This document shows positions 23,121 through 36,200 of a stretch of DNA of 64,000 nt, one piece after another. Position numbers and translations under genes: made by a program. The notes beneath the pieces were generated by a model. The model was given only the letters and a program-made list of their open reading frames with translations, was not told the DNA's origin and ran no database searches. The stretch comes from Veleropilina oligotropha (taxonomy: Eukaryota): NCBI GenBank assembly GCA_048128005.1, contig JBEUKZ010000138.1, positions 62,001-126,000 of the forward strand. The letters are read 5' to 3'. Position 1 is the stretch's first letter, and every line of letters starts with the position of its first letter.

Positions 23121-24749
23121 TTTAATCATAGGGGTCAATTTCTAATTTCGGCAAATCTAATTATATTGTGTAAATTCGTTATGCAAATCGTAGTCCTGAT
23201 GAAATTATCTTGATATTAGAAAAAATAATGAGAAATGTGAACTTTATAAGCATTTTAGAAATCAACCAAAGTAAAATGCAGCTCAGGGTCGTAAATTGGT
23301 TGCCATTGACACCAGACACCTCAAATTTCAACAAGTGACTGAGTGGGACATTATCTACAACTTTTATCGATATACTTTGTGTGTTAGAGCGAATTTGTAG
23401 CAATAATTTTTGTTCTGAAGATAAAATAGACGAGACATCGCGCTATTTGTGGTAGCTCTTTAAATGCTGCTAACGCCGTGATATAATTTAGCAAGGGTAC
23501 CGTAATCTACCTTTCCTGAAAATTTCAATAATATCGCTTTAGTAACTACAGAGTTATTGCGAGTTACGTATTGTCAGTTTCGTTATATTATGAAGTTCAC
23601 TCGTTTGCAACATATTCATTGTAAGTTGATAGTTCAGCATAGGAATTCACATAAATATTTCTGGGTCAGATTTCATTTGGGCTAGTTGTTGGAACTGTGT
23701 GTAGGGATGTGATTGATTCTCGGCCTCCTGGTTGTGTTGTGTCAGACGGTGTGTAGTTCACTAAGGATGCGTGCTAGGAGAGATAGAGACAGATAGTGCA
23801 GATTAAAGTAATAGACAACCCACATGCATTAACGTTTGTTTTAAAATTGTTATGATAATCAGAATTTAGTTCATCTTTTATATTTAGTAATTCATACCCT
23901 ACTTCTGCTAAATTAATTTTCATCCATTCGTCACCAAATTTGGTAAGAATGTTGTGGACAATAGGCTTTAGTACAAATCCATTAACCAGCGAGCTCATCA
24001 AGCAGGCGGTGTTTGTTTAAGCCAGGTTTTCTCCATCACTGAGAGTCATCTTTGGTATCTTGGTGTCAAATTGACTAGTTTGCCAACAGGAAAAATTCAA
24101 GAACTTCAAATTTTACATTTTTGGTCTTATTCATCCTCCATGATGAGTTCACTGGGTGCAAGGGTGAGTTCAATTGTAGCGAACTTTAGCTAGTGCAACC
24201 TAATGTTAGCTAAATATTAAAGTTGAATGAGCAACATGAAGCAAATATTTCACCAGTTTAAATAGAGTATCAACTGGTAGGGCATAGCAGAGAAGCTGGC
24301 CAGAAATCGTCCAGCATGGCGAAATTCTGTTGTGGCAATATTTTCCTCAAGGAGTAAAAGGATAAGTAAGTCGTACCTATTAAATCAGAGTTATGGATTG
24401 TGTATAGTCTATGTCTGCCGATTTTGGTCATTATCGCATACCGCTCAGGTTATGGGCTTGAGGATTTTGGTAGTTGCATGCATGAATATCAACAGCAAAC
24501 ATGTCAGATGGATTCTACTCAGATTAAGCTTTTATGCAAGACCCAAAGTTTAAAAATTATTATTCTTTTATATTGATAAATTATGATTTTGAAGTAGACT
24601 TTTTCAAGAACTAGAGATAATTATTAATATATGCTCCTCATACTGGCCAGACTTTTGTATATAATACATCCATAGAGATTAAATAATCAATAACTCGAAT
24701 ATAAATTTCCTAGCAACTGTCAGAAAGTATATATTGGACAATTATATTT

Positions 24750-27380
24750 CATATGACTTTGACCCAGTAACCCCAACTTTGAACTTATGCAAGGTCTAAT
24801 GGTATACAAGGTGTATACCAAATATGAAAGGTGTAGGTCTAGCGGTTTCTGTTCTATGTGACAGAGAGCAATCTTCCAAGTCAAGAACGGAATTACACGA
24901 AAATGACCTTGACCTTTGACCCCATCTTTGAACTTAGGCAAGGCCTGATGGTATACAAGGTGTATACCAAATATGAAAAGTATAGCTTCAGCGGTTCATC
25001 TTCTAGGTTACAGAAAGCGATCTTCCAAGTCAAGAACGGAAATACACGAAAATGACCTTGACCTTTGACCCAGTGCCACATCTTTGAACTTAGGCAAGGC
25101 CTGATGGTATACAAGGTGTATACCAAATATGAAAAGCGTAGGTGCAGCGGTTCATCTTCTATGTGACAGAAAGCGATCTTCCAAGTCAAGAACGGAAATA
25201 CACGAATATGACCTTGACCTTTGACCCCATCTTTGAAGTTAGGCAAGGACTGATGGCATACCAAATATGAAAAGCATAGCTTCAGTGGTTCCTCTTCTAT
25301 GTGACAAAGCGATCTTCCAAGTCAAAAACGGAAATACACAAAATTGACCTTGACTTTTGACCCCATCTTTGAACTTAGGCAAGGCCTGATGGTATACCCA
25401 GTGACCCAAACATTAAAAGCGTAGGTCCATCGGTTCGTCTTCTATGTGACAGAAAGCGATCTTCCAAGTCAAGAACGGAAATACACGTAAATGACCATGA
25501 CCTTCGACCCCATCTTTGAACTTAGGCAAGGCATGAGGTATACAAGGTGTATACCAAATATGAAAAGCGTACGTCCAACGGTTCGTCTTCTATGTGACAG
25601 AAAGCGATCTTCCCAAGTCAAGAATGGAAATACACAAATATGACCTTGACCCAATCTTTGAACTTAGGCAAGGCCTGATGGTATATAAGGTGGATACTAA
25701 ATATGAAAAGCGTACGCCCAGCGGTTCGTCTTCTATGTGACAGAAAGCGATCTTCCAAGTCAAGAATGGAAATACACGAATATGACCTTGACCTTTGACC
25801 CCATCTTTGAAGTTAGGCAAGGACTGATGGCATACCAAATATGAAAAGCATAGCTTCAGCGGTTCCTCTTCTATGTGACAGAAAGCGATCTTCCAAGTCA
25901 AAAACGGAAATACACGAAATTGACCTTGACCTTTGACCCCATCTTTGAACATAGGCAAGGACTGATGGCATACCAAATATGAAAAGCATAGCTTCAGCGG
26001 TTCCTCTTCTATGTGACAGAAAGCGATCTTCCAAGTCAAAAACGGAAATACACGAATATGACCTTGACCCCATCTTTGAAGTTAGGCAAGGACTGATGGC
26101 ATACCAAATATGAAAAGCATAGCTTCAGCGGTTCCTCTTCTATGTGACAGAAAGCGATCTTCCAAGTCAAAAACGGAAATACACGAAATTGACCTTGACC
26201 TTTGACCCCATCTTTGAACATAGGCAAGGCCTGATGGTATACAAGGTGTATACCAAACATTAAAAGCGTAGGTCCATCGGTTCGTCTTCTATGTGACAGA
26301 AAGCGATCTTCCAAGTCAAGAACGGAAATACACGTAAATGACCATGACCTTCGACCCCATCTTTGAACTTAGGCAAGGCATGAGGTATACAAGGTGTATA
26401 CCAAATATGAAAAGCGTACGTCCAACGGTTCGTCTTCTATGTGACAGAAAGCGATCTTCCCAACTCAAGAATGGAAATACACGAATATGACCTTGACCCA
26501 GTGACCCAATCTTTGAACTTAGGCAAGGCCTGATGGTATATAAGGTGTATACTAAATATGAAAAGCGTACGTCCAGCGGTTCGTCTTCTATGTGACAGAA
26601 AGCGATCTCCCCAAGTCAAGAACGGAAATGCACGAATATGACCTTGACCCAATCTTTGAACTTAGGCAAGGCCTGAGGGTATACAAGGTGGATACTAAAT
26701 ATGAAAAGCGTACGTCCAGCGGTTCGTCTTCTATGTGACAGAAAGCGATCTTTCAAGTCAAGAACGGAAATACACGAAAATGACCTTGACCTTTGACCCA
26801 GCGATCCCATCTTTGAACTTAGGCAAGTCCTGAGGGTATACAAGGTGTATGCCAAATATGAAAAGCGTACGTCCGGCGTTTCGTTTTCTATGTGACAGAA
26901 AGCGATCTTCCAAAGTCAAGAGGAGGAGGAATTATGCTTAATGTCCTGTATATTTATAACATCGAGGTTCAAGGCAGGACATGTCCATGTTATCGCGGGA
27001 AGAAACCCCGGTCGCCCGGGTAAACCCACCCTCTTCGGCCAGTCACGGACAACTGTGCTTCATAACTTGAACAAATGTGTGCTGCCTCAGCCGGGGGTCG
27101 ATCCCACTACTGTTCGCGTCAGCGGAAACAAGCCAGTGAATTTAGAGTGGACACTCTACCCACTGCGCTACCGAAGCGGCCTCCAAAGTCAAGAACAGAA
27201 ATACACGAATATGACGACCCTTGACCCCATCTTTGAACTTAGGCAAGGCCAGATGGTATACAAGGTGTATACCAAATATGAAAAGCGTAGGTCCAGCGGT
27301 TCGTCTTCTATGTGACAGAAAGCGATTAGCGGATGCCGACGATGTCCATGACTCTAGCCCCGCCTAGTAGGCGGCCCAAA
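24750..27380. repeat. Tandem satellite-like array (units ~125-150 bp, motif atgaccttgacctttgacccc) ending in a HINE-type hairpin; interrupted by a SINE
   Basis: Repeated tctatgtgacagaaagcgatcttccaagtcaagaacggaaatacacg units; terminal ccgcctagtaggcgg. Confidence 0.88.
26922..27181 (-). mobile_element. Young-subfamily tRNA-derived SINE with 13-bp TSD
   Basis: tccaaagtcaaga at 26909-26921 and 27182-27194; full head-to-tail copy. Confidence 0.9.
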
Positions 27381-27924
27381 AATTTAAGTTTTGGTTTGAG
27401 ATTTTGAATGTATACATGCTTGTATTAAATGCAAATATCAGCACTAAATCATTTGCCAAGGTAGGTAAATATTTCGACTACTTTTTGGCAATTTTTCAGC
27501 ATTATCGCAGTCGGGACACCCGGTTTATCTCGCTCCGATTTGACAAACGTACATTAGGGATATACCTTCAATTAGTTTTACGTGTTAGAAGCCATGCAGG
27601 AGCGCGAGTTCGAACCCACATCCTTCCATCCCACTTAATATTTTTCTGACGCTCTACCGGTTCATTTCACATGATTAACACTCACGCTATGCTGCAATGA
27701 CGATGTATGACCCGAAGTGTAAAAAATATTTTTATTGTACAATTAACAGTTTGAACTGACTTTTTTCAAGAAAAAATCGAGAATTTGGTACGAATGGTTA
27801 CATCCATCCCAGGGCATTTTCCCTGTTATGGGGAACTTAGTTTTCATTTTTGGATCTGTATAAAATAGTGGAAAAGGTGCAATAGGCATGTTTTGGAAGC
27901 TAGGGTGAGCATTGTAAGAAAAGG

Positions 27925-28163
27925 AAAGCATATATCTATATATATCTATACCATCAGGTTCAAAGCAGGACATGTCCATATTACCACGAGAAAAAAGCCC
28001 GGTCGCCCGAGGAAACCCGTCCTCTCCAACCAGTTACGGACAACTTTGTGATTCATAACTTGAGCAAATGTCATGTCCCAACCGAGATTCGAACCAACCA
28101 CTGTTCGTGTCGGCCAATGATTTTAAGAGTCTGCAACCAAAACCACACGACTCTGAGCGGCCG
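27925..28163 (-). mobile_element. Older-subfamily SINE
   Basis: gcaggacatgtccatatt..ggtcgcccg..gtgattcataacttga..ttcgaacc. Confidence 0.75.
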
Positions 28164-31100
28164 AATATAGGAAGACGCGTTTAACAACGCAGATCATTGT
28201 TAATTTGCTTCGACACAAACCCTACAATTAGCTCGAGCTCCATACTCACTTTCTTTAAATTCCTGAAGCAATCTTGTTCTAGATCATATATTTACCTTGA
28301 GCTTCATTAATATATGTAAACAATAAGATTCGTAGTGCCACAATATTTTAACACCTCTCTCTGTTGCTCAAGGCATTATGCATGATATCAGTCAGGGTGG
28401 CAGTATATATCTATTACATTATGTTACAACGGCCTTGCTATATGCATGTATGTCTCGTATTCAAACAGAAAATCACTTGTTTATTAATTTACTTTAAATT
28501 TATAATATAATTAAGTATCTTTAGTAATCGAATTGTTAAATTTCAGAAAGCCCTCGAGTCTATACAGGCTGATACGCAAGAATCGATGCACATAAACAAT
28601 TTCTACTGCCTTTGACATGTGCATTAGATTATGTCTTTGCTGCTGTGATGTCCAATAATTTAGTATGCAACGTTATCCCATTTAATAGTTTACATTTGTC
28701 GTTCAGGTTAAAATGAACGTGAATCCAAGACGACATTGTTCTTCATAAAGAGTCTCAACATGCCCTTTACCAGGAAACAAATGGTGACAAATGATAAGAC
28801 AACAAGACTCCAGTATCTCTAAAACATTTACTGTTGCGTACTGAATAATATACAACTGTACCACATAAGATGGAATGAGTACATAGTGATACAGTGGAAA
28901 ACATGGTTTTCACAATCAAGAGATCATTAACGCTTCACAAATGTTCACGCAAGTCAAAACAGGTCTTCAGCTTTATACAGCAATTCACCTATGTTAGATG
29001 GTCAAATTATTCAAAGTTAAATTGCACTCTATCCGATACAAAGTATGATTCTGCATACATATTTATTGTTGTTCAATTTTTTTGTTACATATTTTTCTGT
29101 AGAATCTGTGTCATCTCAGTGACAGGGCAATACAGAACATTTACCCTTGAGCAATTATTATCCTATACGTTGCAAGTGAGGCACATTAGACAGCTTCTAT
29201 ATGCAAACATATTATTTCAATGTGTCCTGTACTATTTATTGCCTTAAAGATGCTGAATCTACATTCGTATGATATTTCATATAAAAGAAAACTGTAAATA
29301 CGATATGGTATCCATACATGACATGTTTTTAGGATGAAGGAAAAGTTAAAATGCAACAAAAGGTGTTGCTAGCATTTAATATTCGCTTCAGCCGACGTGG
29401 TATTTTATTCGAACCAATCTTATCTCATTTATCGTTATTGGGTCAAACGTCACGTGGTCCCGTCGATATGATTGACGTGCAGAGCAAGGCAATGGCGTTG
29501 CATCTAGGTCAGTGTTTATTTGCGGTTCGCTGAAATTGATGTATTGCATTGAAAGATATAGCTAGTTTCTCATAATTGTAGTATATGGCAGCAATACTAA
29601 CATAATAACCATATTTATTTCACCAACAAATTAGGCCTATTGCGCACCTCGACATTGTAATGATGGGCATTCACTGTTTGTTTACAAGTTGAAGTAGCCG
29701 CATCCAATTTTCATTGATAGAGTTATTTATTATTTCTAGTTTTTCGCATACATCAATTTTATAATCGTCTTAAATTCAAAGGTTGGTGATAATTGCATTA
29801 TTCTTTCATAGATAAATACTTTGTTTATAACAGTCGATAACGGTGGCCTGCCTCTCTTTCTTTTGTCGACATCCGCCATAGAAACCGATATAAACAAAAC
29901 TCGGACGACCTTGACATGACCCGGTATATATAGATCGCGGGAATGATTTAGGGCGGAGCTAAGATTCCGCCAAGCCGTCGTTCATTTCCGTATAAATCTC
30001 ACGTACAATCGGCTCGAATTATGAGATAGATCTCATAATTCAATAAAAAAAGTTCAAATATTTATTACTAAGTGAAAAAAAATTTTGCCGTGTGTGGTAA
30101 TCTCTGAAAGGTCCTAACTATATGCAATAAATCAATGCAGAAAGTGTAAGAGAGAACAGCATTTAAATACGTTTTAGCGATCTGAAGTAGATCCTGCATC
30201 TTTAATAAAATCTAGAATAGTCACTTGTACCCATGTTCCTTCAGATTTCACCAGCGCATAACATACCAGTGTATGATTTGGATCGATGCGCAAGATCCCG
30301 ATTTCAACAACCTTTCCGACCATACCAGGACATGTCCATGTTATTGAGAGAGGAAAGCCTGTTTTCCTGGAAAAACCTGTCTTCACCTGTCATTTAATGA
30401 CACTTGTTACTGTTAACTAAACAGAGTGCCCAGCCAATGATTTGCACCCACTCCTGCCATACAGAGCAGTCAAGCAAGTGAATAATAGAGTTACCACTCT
30501 TATCCACTTGGCTACTGGTGCGACCCCCAGCACATGCCGAAGCATTCCGTACAATCCGAAGGAACTCCAAGAAAAATGTGCCGATTGCAACCTGTATAGT
30601 ACGTACTTTAATTCATTAACTAACAAAAATTAATAAGAAAACTGCATAACATTGTGACAAATGTCAATGTGTGTTTGTACCGAATATGTTTAACGCTGTT
30701 CACAAACATCCGATTAGAATCATATAAACGTAACATAAAAGTTAGTTAGCATATGTATAGAGAAAAAAAAGAACACAATAGAAAATATTTGTGAACATAA
30801 ATCACGAGACAGCAGATAAAGCAATAGAAAAATGAATCTCATAAAATAAGCCTCTAGAGGGTAAATAAGAAGCTAGCCAGCTAGCAGTCATCATTACATC
30901 AGGACACTTCACTGCAACAACACAATGCACTGGCACTGCATTGCGATAACGTATTCTGTCTGTCGTTCAATTCAGATACCCCTACTGTAATGTCGAAGTA
31001 AACCGAGAGCATACAGCCATCAACTTTTGGGAGAAGCATCCCCTCAGCTAAATTTAACATGCAGGGCAGGCCTAATAAAATGTGCAAATTATAAAATAGA

Positions 31101-33065
31101 GTCATTGAATGTATTATCTCATTTCAGTTAAATTCATGAACAAAAATGACAAAATGTGAACTGACTTAAATATATTTATACGATTATAACAATATGTAAA
31201 ATAAATATGGAATACAGACTATGACTAAAGATCATTGAAGTCATCAAATGACACTTTTGTCTGCTCTGCAAGTTTTACAGGTGCAATCGTCTATATCTGG
31301 ACTACAACTAATCCCGCATTTCATTTTCATATATTATCTATAGGTTAGTTATATAATAATAAGAATGTTATAAAGTGACATTATTTTCCTTTGAACTACA
31401 ATATTATGTATAATAAGTCTAATAAAGTACAAATCATGACCATTACATTGCATTTTTCTTCAAGCCGGAAAATCATTATAAAAACATAGAACAAGGCATA
31501 ACATGAAGTAAAGTAGAATCTCCAGTGCCACGGGTCTATATCAAATATTCTAATTTTGGGGTGAATTCCAATCGACTACACCATTCAAATGGCGTATGAA
31601 AAAAACGAAATATTCTGATGGCATTTAAAAAAATAACTCTAATAATAAGCATAAGCCGTTACACAATTAGAGATTCATTACAGCAAAAATCCTTTAGTAC
31701 CGTCTTTGACAGTGGCCTACCATTCAAAGATACATGTTCTGCAATTTATTTATTTTTATACGATATTATTTTAAATGAACGGTTCTTTTTCCGCCCAGAA
31801 AAATCGGTAGATGAGCCCCAGATTTTCATTGTTGGTGTGCCTCAGATTCAAACTCTCATCATCACAGAAAATCACATCTATACAATATATATATATATTT
31901 TCTAAAGACAACAGGCTTTATCATTAATTGTAAGTATTTAGTGTTTACCAGTCTGAATAATGGACGAAAGCACAGAACAAAAAATATATTCACAATGTAG
32001 TTATGAAATACCATTCAAAGCACATCTTAACAAACAATCAAAACATATTTTACATATATATATATAATATACTATTTAATAATTTTTCTCCTATAAACAT
32101 CATTCAACATATTTCAATTTTGTTATTAATTTATCTGACTGAGCATATAAATTATAATATGTTGACTACTGTTTAAACCGTTGCGGCAACAAATACAACA
32201 ACAAGGTCTGCTGAAATAACAGACAAAGCGGTACATTGAATTTGCTGTTTTTACATAATAGAATAAAATACCAAAAAATAATCAAATTCATTTTGTCATA
32301 CACATTTCAAATACACTAAATTTAAATGAGGTAAATCATGTGACTATTCTGATATGCACGAATCCATCAGGTCGCATAATTAATATTATGTACAAGTATG
32401 ATAGAGTTGTAGAATTATATTTTATCGTAGCTACTTCAGCAGTATTATGGGAGACAATCCTGCCTTCCACATTACATAGCGCGAGAGCGATTACAGTTAC
32501 CAATATTAGATAACAAAGTGCAGCACAAGAATAGCATAAATAATATGAGTAGTAAGCCTGCTTACTTAAACATAACTTGTTCAAAACCAAAGCACTATAT
32601 CTAGGACATAGCAAAAAAATTTGATAAAATGAATAAATAATGTGGATAGTATAAATGTAAATAAAAGAAGCTCTTGTTAAATATTACATTTGGATATATC
32701 GTATATTTTCTCCAAACTAGTCTAATGGCCCAAAAGTAATTTCATGCCAAGGAGCAAATCTGTAGAAACAAGTAAGAGTTATCTCACGTAGCCGAAGTAA
32801 TTTTTATCCTGTAGCTTGGCCAGAGTTATTTTTAGACTGTAGCTTGACAGATAGATTGCAGTTTTTAGTAGATTTAACCTAACTTGTCAAGTGCATGTAT
32901 ACAATGATCAAATTTGTATACGATAGTCAAAGTGGTACAACATTAAATAATATAAAATCACTTTCATAATCCAGGTCAATACATAATATTTTTACAGTAT
33001 CAAAATGTATATATAAAACAATCAGACGAGTAACGTAAAATATACATCTTTAATATGAAATCTTT

Positions 33066-33203
33066 TCACACCACACGCCCCATTTCCATCTCCTGTCGAT
33101 AGTTTTTCCCCTTTCCTTTATGTCTTCCTTGATCTCCTTGTCTCTGACCCCTTCCCCGTGGGGGGCCCCCTGAGGGTTCTCCTGGATAAGGCGGCGGTGG
33201 ACC
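33066..33203 (-). CDS. ADAM10: ADAM10 last exon ([10 protein letters not shown]...QEMEMGRVV stop)
   Basis: ttacag acceptor, in phase with previous exon, GC-rich island in AT-rich DNA. Confidence 0.8.
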   Translation of the reverse strand, partial: GPPPPYPGEPSGGPPRGRGQRQGDQGRHKGKGKNYRQEMEMGRVV

Positions 33204-36200
33204 CTGTAATCATGAATCAGTTATATTATAATATACCAACTATAATCTGCCACAGTTTTGTTTGTTCTCATCTGACCTTAGTACCATATTATAATGTCAT
33301 TAACTTTCAACGTTCAATAACAATGATTGAATAATGTAATGCACATTTAAACCATTTTTCATAAAAAATATGAAGTTAACTCGATATATCTAAAAGATTC
33401 GTTATGAATAATCAGTGCTCAATTTTAAGGATTTTTTAAGGTTGCCCGCAGGGCAAGTCACTTTGTGATTGAGGTTGCCCCACCAAATATTTGGTTGCCC
33501 AAATATTTTTGTCACTATTTGGAGCATTCAAACAGCAATACGTTTTCAGAGATAATTAAATAATATAATATTTATAAAACCACATTTATTTAGGATAATA
33601 TAGGCACTTATTATCTTTTGCGCATGTTGAATGTGTTTTTATTGTTAACCGATCAGTAAACTGGACAAATTGTTGTAACGCCATATAGATCAACTTTTCA
33701 ATTTCGGAGTCGCTAACGTAAATAACCCGTAGGTGGCGCTGTAGTCAAATCTGATAGCAAATGCAAAAAGGAGAAGTGACTAAAAACCTACGTACATTTT
33801 TACCTTTCAGTTTTGACGTTTGACTGTCCTGAATCAGGCCTTGTCTTGTAAAAACCAGAGGCGAGCTATAACAGCTCGCCTTAAATCGTAATTTACCCTC
33901 GAGGCGAGCGATTTCTATATCATCATACATCACACTGCAAAAATATATCTAAGACTCTTTCAATGTATGATAGATACTACAATACATTTTTTTATTTCAT
34001 GTATTTTAGTTTGAATATAATACTTATTTTTACATTAAAGCATAATATATACAGTAATAATTTTAAATAGTCTTACTAGTATATTTATATACAAATGCAT
34101 CAGAGAATACATTAATTATTTTCGCAATGTGTATGAACATTTCTATTTTTTTAATTAAAAAACGTATATATTAGGGTCATGGTTAATTTGAACTCTCTCA
34201 ATGTGAACGTTTATAAATAGTGGCAACTTTTCCTACTGTCAAAGGGCTCTAAAATTGTCTGACGTCATGTTTATCAATAAATGTATCCAACCCCAGAAGA
34301 TCAAAGAACTGTTGTCTCTGTCTGCAACAGCTAGTTTGCGAGAAATGGGTCAGCCTCCTCAGCTAGCTAATTTGCATACACACACAAATGCCTGGCTTTT
34401 GTGTCAGAAATGAAACTTAACCCAGTAAATTATATAATTTAACAGAGGCTAATACTAATTAATGTGGAATGAAAAACATTTTAGAACCTGCAATGTTTAA
34501 CTAGAGCACTCTTGAAAATATTACTTTATAAAAATGCTTCAGGACGGAGTCCGAAACTAAAATAAACTTATTCAGACGGGGTCACGTGACTGTCTGGATC
34601 TACTGTCTGGAAAGATATTCTCGGGTTTTGCTGGACTTTTTCGTACCAAAGAACAATATGGTTGGACATAACAACATGCCTTATTGCCTAACAAAGAACA
34701 GGATCATGAATAAATTGTTGCAGGAACTTAGTAAGTTACATAAATATTCTACTCGCCCAACAAGAAATATTTGGGCCAGTAACTATCGATGTTTTTGCTA
34801 TTTGTGGTCGCCCGTGTGGACTTTTGTTCGCCACTGGCGACCTGTTTCGAGCACTGGTTGGTTACATTCTGTGGGCGGCGCGCCTCAAAAGACAAGGCCT
34901 GCTGAATGACGTTTTGAAGTTTCACTTTGACTCGAAATCTTTTAACTTGCAGTTTTATATTTTTTTACTGCACAAATAAATATGATAGCGTTTATTTTAT
35001 TCACTTGCCCAACGGGCACGCACTGTCAGACTTTTACTTGCCCGACGCAAAATCTGGCCGTCTCGGGCGTACGGACGGGCCTTAAAATTGAGGTCTGATA
35101 ATGGCAAAATGTTCTGGAAACAACTTTGTCGTTATCGCGTGTCATCTCTTTATTACGATCTTATTCACTATACCTGTTGTCTGGGAGGTTGCTGTTGAGG
35201 ATTATTTTCTCTACGTTGGTTGCGGTTATTTTGTTGACGGATACTGATTTTCCTTGCTGGGGTTTTATTGGGGTTACTGCTTGGCGTGTGCACCGCACAA
35301 ACTTTAATAAACAGCGCCATCATTCCTACTAAGCCAATACACATCAGAAGGACGGCCCACCACTTGGACTGAAATATGAAACAACCACCTATATATTTCC
35401 TCAAACTAACAGACAGAGAGAGTGCCACAATATTTTTGATTATCAATCTGTTTATTGATTTATTTATTGATGCACGAATAGGTGAGATGATGTTTAATGG
35501 CCACACGTACAATTTTCAGTTTTAATCAAATCAATTAACTATGCATGATAATATGAATTTAAGCTGTCAGCATTGGATATTATTACATGTCTTTCTCGGG
35601 CAGCTGCACATTTGTGGCTAGCTATAAGATGATGACATTTGAGCTAGAAATGAACACAAAAGTTAATGAGTAACGTCCATTTTGAGTCTCTGACGTTAAC
35701 GAATTTCACTTACGACCAACTACACTTCGTGCCCATTATACCAGTGACATTTCCGTGTCAATAGGACTTAATGCTCTGAAATACCTATAACATTATTTTA
35801 ATATGACGACCATCTTGAAATACCTATAATATGATATGAATACGACAGCCACCTTCAAAATATCATGTTGACAATTTTCACTTAAGATCAACTTAACTTT
35901 ACCGTTCTGAAGGAATAACGATAAATAAATTTTCAAAATGGTGGCTATCTTGATTGTACAGCGACTTCAAATTATTGATGCATCACGCCTTCACAAGTGG
36001 ATGTACCTTTGTGGAACGTTTGACGAATTTAGCGAATAGTTCAGAAACTATCACTCATTCAGGAATAAGGGAGGAATCTTTTTATTGGAAGACATAATAT
36101 ACAGAATATACTCACAACAATCCATTCTCTAATACTTTCAAGTGTCTCTGGGTTAAAGATAAGGTTCTTCAATCTGGCGAGGGGACCTTCGGCATCGACT

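Noticed and set aside
23990..24340. Possible degenerate LINE RT fragment (CYALPV on minus strand)
   Set aside because: Too many stops and too little motif support to call without a profile search
24720..27315. Multiple similar ORFs (KGQGHFRVFPFLTWKIAFCHIE) and CRISPR-like regularity
   Set aside because: Translations of tandem satellite units; no unique spacers, no cas genes, eukaryotic context
34530..34570. ggacggagtccgaaac resembling hammerhead stem II plus GAAA
   Set aside because: No upstream CUGANGA box
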